The notes below the pieces were generated by a model. The model did not search any database and was not told where the DNA came from. It worked only from the letters and a program-made list of their open reading frames with translations. A program made the translations under genes and the position numbers. This document shows, piece by piece, positions 59,001 through 64,000 of a stretch of DNA of 64,000 nt. The stretch is from the IMG/VR virus record IMGVR_UViG_3300025141_008848, positions 1-64,000 of that record, one strand, 5' to 3'. Each line of letters opens with the position of its first letter. Position 1 is the stretch's first letter. This DNA is from a virus.

Positions 59001-59352
59001 TGGATGCAAACCACTAGAAAAAGAAAATAACTGTGCTAAGTATGGAAATCATATAGAGATTAAAACCAGTATAAATGTAAATCCTAATGAAGATGAGACT
59101 GCTTACTATCTTACTAGGTATGCATTTCTAAGAGAGGGTGTTTTAGTAAACCTTGGTGATGAAATTTTAAGAAATGAAGTGGGGACCGGAACAGGAAAGA
59201 AAATTTTAGGTAAAATGGGGAATAGTGGACTATCCAAAGAAGTCCATCTTCATTTAGAAATAAAAAGAGGACTCAAGAAAAACGATAAAATAATAGAACA
59301 TTATTTAAATCCAACTTACTTCTTACCTAGATTTATAATCAGAAACAACTAA
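52993..59352 (+). CDS. Giant baseplate hub-like protein with C-terminal M23 peptidase-like domain
   Basis: Hub-like N-terminus (GITSISI..P.V.INFTD.RG); GNVTIQPTQYF.L..PMFNGPYLI..VEH; C-terminal HLGVD, YGNHIEI, MGNSG, HLHLEI, LNP. Confidence 0.72.
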   Translation: MADKLNSGNILTTQIGGNVVLIDPNKIVTSDGEVKDRLVEQEDFVMYANLTAKIFPRSKLLVGAAAGDEIRVEIAGGDLNFLKPEGKSSLDSDWTEAFTNPDVNKKIKTTTKAGVEIATDIQNRNDFQGFGITSISIKVNSSYIPQVSINFTDIRGKTLFEQAKVNTPYTAFFHLPYPTFFLTLKGYYGKAVQYQLTLEKFVSRFDPSSGDYLVTCDFKGNHIALLRDINMHEAVTAPYMYPTRQDPKSGDVTMTKGRQTLGEVYREYYTKGLIGDDIYERQYTIVELIEKIQAIDNDMSEVFGKANLESTTHKLEFAETLKKFKEGVMGKKGWAGKYLDTRQIMRRDITVDEPPLPVFNSDGTLNHNPSNTGRTITTAAYPLKGMSATTLETDPTKKLDAVKKIKDKAEQALEAITTKYIKLLSQNPTFNFNSDEEGGKYAVKTRLNDPSFNVFENAQVKGNVTIGTTTTQLNQNVAPWFVFEGGQDSFMTIWLITKRVFESKGEQLANDLSVKLNSRLQKVIGFKPTIRNVFSIILAGADTFLKLLDDVHVDAFAQRTNEQRLAAANSSDDTIKNVPKDKQIVYPWPQYYKIEDQQKGEGCSTTSSVLTYPGANDVIANTLANNSKIWPEVAFVEEYTKATNYKFATFNPTVVNEGVDKDFTPITVEDWPPTLTPYDNPEDVEIWFEILNRAQSVALKGGLTTRYPSSTTQVGSAISELATYDGLNLYKRIRDYATRKQIFLDIAGLTQILSIISEAEPSRFFLYQTFGVITPYDTKPTFTLNYKPNAYTVVGQEFSINSTALAIGKMPGFWDLAPCIWGPWAQENYANGRSTEMSPNTFYNISKNLTYDIFEKNVLTDTWTTLYLTKGKYNSNNFIDADQEQAVERSYNAYHLNSVDTVDEAYESYIEHKLVTEGEIHINPSTTLPPTDPLGNPTAVSSSSNAQPTRLTSMLNTPYFINSLLVGVDMEKNNTTPNPYTQSAYLFLNSLPLPTFREKALSTNAEGNEEFGDYISQMFNQMPAVHKIPVSLMLKIGSIWWRYKEQVRTQVDPLSSIWGNIGFATAIPGFTGPANVYDDVNGNLNTLNYYNVNINGNTYPYTTQQNVTKIMQVGVYPALINAINFIATGTDTYVNIGAGQVLNNLVGAGRPLTIKPNSNLKYTATDGTEVNFYDVYLNSANITSPTNISTPNQPAQNDFHILYPSSGGLEQTDASTYDTTTFGNTALHNGASRILWGASNYGYFEHRPGYQPTEFQYFKKIDNTKDEQEAWEFRELGDYSTIEVLRGVFNTEQLDAFEQEFLTFSTPLGSTSLGGSLKQLIKELVVVEKSWVETVAPTAWGSSVGSNKLAEAQLLKFNTSMFHFLNKKVEYIHRTTTNLDLVVGNETLLQRLNYIHMVNNNEINTTKNSNNISEIYGTYSSSVVPIPASGSLIGFPTNPPAYQAVRIFVGEYYASSLDPQFGTLTPENLANPIYNFFTTINKITPDGIEFNAANVRDFAPLIKLYASYVALNGVVPNGAAEFLDILMVEVDSLQQPQELYISNLLTEVKKLIKQNLEKDDTALTVITDDRPEVKSDDLKLELYNQFKIINDRWVSGTNLTDQTLFEKFLFLDRGNQDIGDEAIINIWDILKLDSPFEQTNSTTLTQSVASYLSIILGNNYFNFIPLPSYINFFSVEKKGLNTQLQGNAMFGTFKTVDYIDSSPAFLCQYVGKPSSQLNVKTPNNGYEGDSFKFSSPNNPLISDECGDKELSNKVMGFNVDFGIPNQNIFESITLDQSQYQNTAESFKILQSMADSGGGGATSPASVSLFNVYASRSYTAKVSCVGNVTIQPTQYFQLRYLPMFNGPYLIINVEHEVRPNTIETSFEGVRVPRPVLPNIKDLIQRVNKKLYEKAEERLGEIPIDLYFDALSATKSQKNLDNTKNNHIASATTFQSPEIVADNVSWQDVTLSAGTFAVTPNEDPEKLHLGVDICPTSDKLQDASDTNGGILVYPTIYGKVTKVVDGCKPLEKENNCAKYGNHIEIKTSINVNPNEDETAYYLTRYAFLREGVLVNLGDEILRNEVGTGTGKKILGKMGNSGLSKEVHLHLEIKRGLKKNDKIIEHYLNPTYFLPRFIIRNN

Positions 59353-59439
59353 TGTACTCGGCTTTATAAAACAGAATGAGACAATGTTGACTATTAATGA
59401 ATTTACATATATTTATAGATATATAAAAACTATACAATT

Positions 59440-59679
59440 ATGATTACAGAATCACTTAAACAAAAATTAGGAAATTTCATAGGTAAGAAAACGGATAATA
59501 TTGTAGAAAATGGACAAACACCAGAAGGACAACAAGTTTGTGACTTAGACACTGGAATTTGTTATACTATTAAAAGTAGAGATGGTTTAATAGAAAGAGT
59601 AGAAAATAGTATTAGAGTTAATAGAAAAGTACAGGTGGAATCACCATCAGGACAAGTAAAACAATTATTAAATGGGTAA
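59440..59679 (+). CDS. Hypothetical protein
   Basis: 79 aa, VCDLDTGIC; late motif upstream. Confidence 0.65.
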   Translation: MITESLKQKLGNFIGKKTDNIVENGQTPEGQQVCDLDTGICYTIKSRDGLIERVENSIRVNRKVQVESPSGQVKQLLNG

Positions 59680-60451
59680 TAAAGTAGAAAAAGAGTTATT
59701 GGATGAATTAAAAAGATTCGCCCAAATAAACCATAACTTAAACAATCTAACGGAACAAAACATGGCCACTAATAATGGTTCAGGGTTTTTACAGACTCAA
59801 GGAGCATCCGACCTACTAAAAAAGTTCACTACTCGTCAAGAGATGGGGGAACAAGAAGAAGAGGAGGTGGACTTAGATATTCCTACTGACCCAGAAGCTG
59901 AAGTGGAAGATGTTGAAGTAGATATTCCTACTGACCCAGAAGCTGAAGTTGAGGATGTTGACTTAGATACTCCTACTGGTGAAGATGAAATACTTGACAC
60001 TGAAATAGACAGTGAAGTTGTAGATGATTCTGACTCTACAGAGTTAGATGTTACTGACCTAGTGGCAAAACAAGATGAGGTAAGTGATGAGTTAACCGAC
60101 CAAAAAGACATACTATCTAAAAACACACAGAGTTTAGACGATTTAATGGGTAAATTAACCGACCTAGAATCACACCTTAGTTCCATGGATAACATGGTTA
60201 GTAAAATTGAAGACCTAGAAGGTAAGTTAGAAGAATTCAGACCAAAAACAGAAGAAGAAAAATTAGGTTTAAGAAAACATGATAGTGGCCCATATAACAA
60301 AACACTAAGTGATTTCTTCACGGACAAAGAAGATGTTTTTGACAAAACAGGTAAAAAACAATATATTTTAACCAAAGATGATGTAGAAGACTACAGCGAA
60401 GCCGACATACAAAAGAGCTTCTCAACCCCAGAAGACGAAGAGGAAAATTAA
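59672..60451 (+). CDS. Acidic coiled-coil protein (scaffold-like)
   Basis: D/E-rich with internal repeats and a heptad region. Confidence 0.6.
   Translation: MGNKVEKELLDELKRFAQINHNLNNLTEQNMATNNGSGFLQTQGASDLLKKFTTRQEMGEQEEEEVDLDIPTDPEAEVEDVEVDIPTDPEAEVEDVDLDTPTGEDEILDTEIDSEVVDDSDSTELDVTDLVAKQDEVSDELTDQKDILSKNTQSLDDLMGKLTDLESHLSSMDNMVSKIEDLEGKLEEFRPKTEEEKLGLRKHDSGPYNKTLSDFFTDKEDVFDKTGKKQYILTKDDVEDYSEADIQKSFSTPEDEEEN
59874..59978 (+). repeat. 45-bp tandem repeat (about 2.3 copies)
   Basis: TAGATA(T/C)TCCTACTG... units at 59874, 59919 and 59964, encoding DIPTDPEAEVEDV. Confidence 0.9.
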
Positions 60452-60463
60452 ACCTCACTTCAT

Positions 60464-60492
60464 TTGACATCCCAAAACTATATTCCTATATT
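60464..60492 (+). promoter_or_regulatory. Housekeeping-sigma-type promoter of the recombination/replication operon
   Basis: TTGACA-N17-TATATT. Confidence 0.65.
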
Positions 60493-60535
60493 TATCCATA
60501 TGTTTATTAATTAATAATATTTAAAAAAAAAATTT

Positions 60536-61402
60536 ATGAGTAATAGTTTAGATGCTGTATTAGCCCAATACGAAAAAAACAAAGTTAGTGGTAGTTCCAC
60601 AAAACCACAGATGACATCCGAGGAAAGAATGAAACAATATCTTTCCATTATGTTACCAAAAGGAACAAAACAAGGAGAAAAAAGAATTAGAATAGTACCC
60701 ACATCAGATGGTTCATCACCATTTAAAGAGGTATTTTTTCATAATATACAAGTACAAGGAAGATGGCAAAAAATTTATGACCCAGGAAAAGATGAACATG
60801 GGAAACCATCTGGAGAAAGAAGTCCATTAAATGAAGTTGAAGAAGCTTTAAGATTAGCTGGTGATGCACAATCAAAAGAATTAGCACGCTCTTATCGTTC
60901 ACAAAAATTTTATATTGTAAAAGTTGTTGATAGAGATAATGAAGAAGATGGTGTAAAATTTTGGAGATTTAAACATAATTGGAAAGGCGACGGACCAATA
61001 GATAAGATTATCCCTATTTGGAGAAATAAAGGTGATGTTACTGATATTAATGAAGGAAGAGACTTAATTTTAATCCTACAAACAGTACCTTTACCAGGTG
61101 GAAGAGGAGAATATACTACAGTATCTTCAGTTATGTATGAAGACCCAGGAAAATTATCAGAAGACACAACATTACTAAAAGAGTGGACAGAAGACGAAAG
61201 AACTTGGAAAGATGTATATTCACAAAAACCAGTAGAATATTTAGAAGCTATTTCTAAAGGATTGGACCCAGTTTGGGATTCAGAACTTAAAAAATATGTT
61301 TATGATGACCCTAATAGTGTTAAGAACGCAACCAATACATCTACGATAGGTTCAACCGACCCACAAGCAAACGACCCACAATCCGAAGACTTACCATTTT
61401 AA
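60536..61402 (+). CDS. Single-stranded DNA-binding protein (gp32-like)
   Basis: RIRIVP, PFKEVFFH, VVDRDNEEDGVKFWRF, D...GRDL; acidic tail ending EDLPF. Confidence 0.8.
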   Translation: MSNSLDAVLAQYEKNKVSGSSTKPQMTSEERMKQYLSIMLPKGTKQGEKRIRIVPTSDGSSPFKEVFFHNIQVQGRWQKIYDPGKDEHGKPSGERSPLNEVEEALRLAGDAQSKELARSYRSQKFYIVKVVDRDNEEDGVKFWRFKHNWKGDGPIDKIIPIWRNKGDVTDINEGRDLILILQTVPLPGGRGEYTTVSSVMYEDPGKLSEDTTLLKEWTEDERTWKDVYSQKPVEYLEAISKGLDPVWDSELKKYVYDDPNSVKNATNTSTIGSTDPQANDPQSEDLPF

Positions 61403-61411
61403 TTAAGGATT

Positions 61412-62416
61412 ATGGCATTGAAAAAAAGAACATTTTCAGAACTGAAAAACAAGTTTTCAAAGAAAGCTAACTTTAAACCAGAAAGATTTTTTGATTTAGG
61501 GAAAGCTTTTCTTGATGCTACCGGACTACCAGGACCAGCAATGGGACATCTACAAATGTTTCTTGGCCATTCAGATACCGGTAAAACTACAGCTTTAATT
61601 AAAGCAGCTGTTGATGCACAAAATAAAGGAATTTTACCAGTATTAATTATTACTGAACAAAAATGGGGATTCGAACACGCTAAACTTTTGGGTTTTGATT
61701 GTGAAGAAGTGGTAGACCAAACTACTGGTGAAGTAGATTGGGACGGATTCTTTCTTTTTAATAACGACTTTCAGTATATAGAAGAAATTACGGACTATAT
61801 TAATACTTTATTAGATGCACAAGCTAAAGGTGAATTAGAATATGATTTATTATTTTTATGGGATTCTGTTGGTTCAGTACCCTGTAAAATGACTTTTGAT
61901 GGGAAAGGTGGTAAAATGCATAATGCAGCAACTTTAGCTGATAAAATTGGTATGGGATTAAACCAAAGGATAGGTAAATCCAGAAGACAAGATTCAAAAT
62001 ATACAAACACCCTAGTTGTGGTAAATCAACCCTGGGTGGAATTACCCGACAACCCATTTGGACAACCAAAAATTAAAGCAAAAGGAGGAGAATCTTTATG
62101 GTTAAACTCTACTTTAGTTTTTAGGTTTGGGAACCAAAAAAATGCAGGAACTACAAATATTTCTGCTGTTAAAGATAAAAGAAAAGTAAAATTTGCCACT
62201 AGGACAAAAATAACTATTATGAAAAATCACGTAAATGGTTTAGGTTATGAGGATGGTAAAATTTTAATAACCCCACACGGTTTTGTTTCAGGCAGAGAAC
62301 CGGTAGAAGAGAAAAAATCAATTGAAAAATATAAACAAGAATACGCTACATTTTGGAGTGACCAACTAGGTTCCGGTGGTGAATTCGACTTAAAAATAGA
62401 AAAAGAAAATGACTAA
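61412..62416 (+). CDS. uvsX: RecA/UvsX-like recombinase
   Basis: GHSDTGKT Walker A, ITE, FLWDSVG Walker B, VVNQ, KGGE, KNHV. Confidence 0.85.
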   Translation: MALKKRTFSELKNKFSKKANFKPERFFDLGKAFLDATGLPGPAMGHLQMFLGHSDTGKTTALIKAAVDAQNKGILPVLIITEQKWGFEHAKLLGFDCEEVVDQTTGEVDWDGFFLFNNDFQYIEEITDYINTLLDAQAKGELEYDLLFLWDSVGSVPCKMTFDGKGGKMHNAATLADKIGMGLNQRIGKSRRQDSKYTNTLVVVNQPWVELPDNPFGQPKIKAKGGESLWLNSTLVFRFGNQKNAGTTNISAVKDKRKVKFATRTKITIMKNHVNGLGYEDGKILITPHGFVSGREPVEEKKSIEKYKQEYATFWSDQLGSGGEFDLKIEKEND

Positions 62417-62843
62417 ATTAAAAACAGGAGATAAAGTAAAAGTACACTATATAGGCACTTTAAAGGATGGTACTACATTTGATAATTCTAGAGACCATGG
62501 AGATGGGTTAGAATTTATTATTGATGACGGAAAATTACTTAAAGGTTTTAATGATACAGTAAAAGAATTAAATGTTGGTGAAAAAAATACTGTAGCATTA
62601 AAAGCAAAAGAAGCTTATGGTGAATACATTCCAGAAGCTATCATTACTGTAAAAAAGACAGAACTCCCACCAGATTTAAAGTATGATATAGATGGGTTTA
62701 TTCACGGACAGGACGACCAAGGAAGACCAGTCCAAGGACAGGTAGTGAAAATCAATGAAGAGGACATTAATTTAAATATGAATCACCCACTAGCTGGTGA
62801 AGATTTAAATTTTGAAATTGAGTTGTTAGAAGTAGTAAAGTAA
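62409..62843 (+). CDS. FKBP-type peptidyl-prolyl isomerase (SlyD/SlpA-like)
   Basis: VKVHYIGTLKDGTTFD, AYGE, NHPLAGEDLNFEIEL; no His-rich tail. Confidence 0.92.
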   Translation: MTKLKTGDKVKVHYIGTLKDGTTFDNSRDHGDGLEFIIDDGKLLKGFNDTVKELNVGEKNTVALKAKEAYGEYIPEAIITVKKTELPPDLKYDIDGFIHGQDDQGRPVQGQVVKINEEDINLNMNHPLAGEDLNFEIELLEVVK

Positions 62844-62873
62844 AAAAATTGTTTAACCTTTTAAAAATGTGTT

Positions 62874-63881
62874 TTGACAAGAACATTATTAGTTGACGGA
62901 AATTCCTTATTAAGTACTGGTTTTCATGGCATAAAAAATATGTATAATGGTACAGACCATATAGGTGGTTTGTACCATTTTTTAAATACCATTAGAAAAC
63001 ATATTGATGGTTATCTTATAACTAAGGTTGTGGTGCTATGGGATGGAGAAGAAAATTCTTCTTCACGACTTAGTTTATACCCTGACTATAAGTTAAATAG
63101 AAGACTAAGAAAGAAATCTACAGATGACATACAGTCCTATAACAAACAAAAATTACGGATACAAGAGTACCTAGAAGAACTTTACGCGAGACAGGCAACA
63201 TTTGATAAGTGTGAAGCTGACGATGGGATAGGGTACTACTGTGAAAAATCCAACGACAATAATATTATTATACTTACGTCCGATAGAGACCTATTACAAT
63301 TAATATCCCCTAAAGTATCCTTACATATAATATCTTTAAATAAACTCTTTAAAGAGGGAGACAAGGTTCCACTAAACGGGGTAAATATTCCATCAAGTAA
63401 TGTAAGACTAGTTAAAACTATTTGTGGGGACACTTCCGATAATATATATGGGATAAAAATGGTTGGTGTAAAATCACTAATAAAAATAAAACCAGAAATA
63501 CTACAAGAAAAAGTAACACTAAAAGAGGTTATAGAGACGATTAGCTCAAAAGACAAACTTAGTCAAAAAGAAAAAAATATATTAGAAGGTAAAACTAAAA
63601 ATAAAGAACAAAAACTTAATATATTAGATATTAACTATAATATTATAGGAGTGGGAAAACAATTCCTCACTCAAGAAGCAATAAATGGGATAAAAGAATT
63701 AGCCAAAGATGCGATAGACCCAGAAGGTAGACACTGGAAAAATGCTTTAGGCTTGATGATGTCAGATGGAATTCTTAATATTTTACCTAAGAAAGATGAT
63801 TCTTGGGTAGACTTTATAAGACCATTTTTAAGATTAACTAGAATAGAAAAAGATTTTTATAAAAATGAAAAAAATAATTAA
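62874..63881 (+). CDS. 5'-3' exonuclease/flap endonuclease (T4 RNase H / PolI N-terminal type)
   Basis: LVDGNS, WDG, YKLNR, EADD, SDRDLLQ, GDTSDNIYGI. Confidence 0.92.
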   Translation: MTRTLLVDGNSLLSTGFHGIKNMYNGTDHIGGLYHFLNTIRKHIDGYLITKVVVLWDGEENSSSRLSLYPDYKLNRRLRKKSTDDIQSYNKQKLRIQEYLEELYARQATFDKCEADDGIGYYCEKSNDNNIIILTSDRDLLQLISPKVSLHIISLNKLFKEGDKVPLNGVNIPSSNVRLVKTICGDTSDNIYGIKMVGVKSLIKIKPEILQEKVTLKEVIETISSKDKLSQKEKNILEGKTKNKEQKLNILDINYNIIGVGKQFLTQEAINGIKELAKDAIDPEGRHWKNALGLMMSDGILNILPKKDDSWVDFIRPFLRLTRIEKDFYKNEKNN

Positions 63882-63882
63882 A

Positions 63883-64000
63883 ATGAGACAAACAATAGAT
63901 AACGCACAAAAGTGTGAAGTGGTATTAAAATTAGAAAATAATATAGTATGCCAAAGATTCTTTTCAGTAAGGAATTTTAACAATAGAGCATGCAATTCAT
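63883..64000 (+). CDS. Hypothetical protein (runs off the window edge)
   Basis: MRQTIDNAQKCEVVLKLENNIVCQRFFSVRNFN..., open to the end of the window. Confidence 0.6.
   Translation, partial: MRQTIDNAQKCEVVLKLENNIVCQRFFSVRNFNNRACNS

Noticed and set aside
59874-59978. CRISPR-like repeat
   Set aside because: In-frame coding tandem repeat without unique spacers
3803-63556. Many short antisense or nested ORFs in the track (e.g. 16364..16759, 21998..22381, 46950..47495, 54267..54737, 59836..60375)
   Set aside because: Shadow frames of well-supported genes, with Ser/Leu/Phe-rich translations and no motifs
1-64000. Stop-codon reassignment, as in some large Bacteroidota phages
   Set aside because: Long conserved genes are intact in code 11, and TAG and TGA end genes at the expected positions
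1-64000. tRNA, rRNA, CRISPR array, IS element, reverse transcriptase/DGR
   Set aside because: Intergenic gaps are short and AT-rich, and no such repeats or motifs were seen by eye; tRNAscan/Infernal would be needed to fully exclude small RNAs

Overview
AT-rich (~30% GC by eye), gene-dense segment of a large (probably jumbo) myovirus-type phage genome, read in the standard genetic code. It is distantly T4-like: neck, sheath, tube, tail chaperone, tape-measure-like and baseplate genes, family B DNA polymerase, SNF2 helicase, gp32-like SSB, UvsX/RecA, 5'-3' exonuclease, PhoH and dUTPase. A Bacteroidota (possibly flavobacterial) host is inferred from TAnnTTTG promoters, few Shine-Dalgarno sites, a DUF4494-like gene and a lipoprotein. 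The first ~22 kb (minus strand) is an unusually complete glycan-biosynthesis locus: epimerases, a dehydrogenase, an RfbH-type 3-dehydrase, an SDR-cupin-C-methyltransferase fusion, O-methyltransferases, three GT11s, GT17, GT2s, GT4s and NadE. The best candidate novel system pairs this locus with a recurrent [S/T]-[G/A]-x-[S/T] motif in Cys-rich virion proteins, suggesting phage-encoded virion glycosylation (inference). Other signals: a TATTTAT(A/T) late-promoter motif that is the reverse complement of the T4 late promoter; a likely +1/-2 frameshift in the tail chaperone; shared leader motifs on putative head-packaged proteins; and a small RHH regulator missed by the ORF track, with a candidate operator. 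All product calls come from motif recognition by eye, not database searches.
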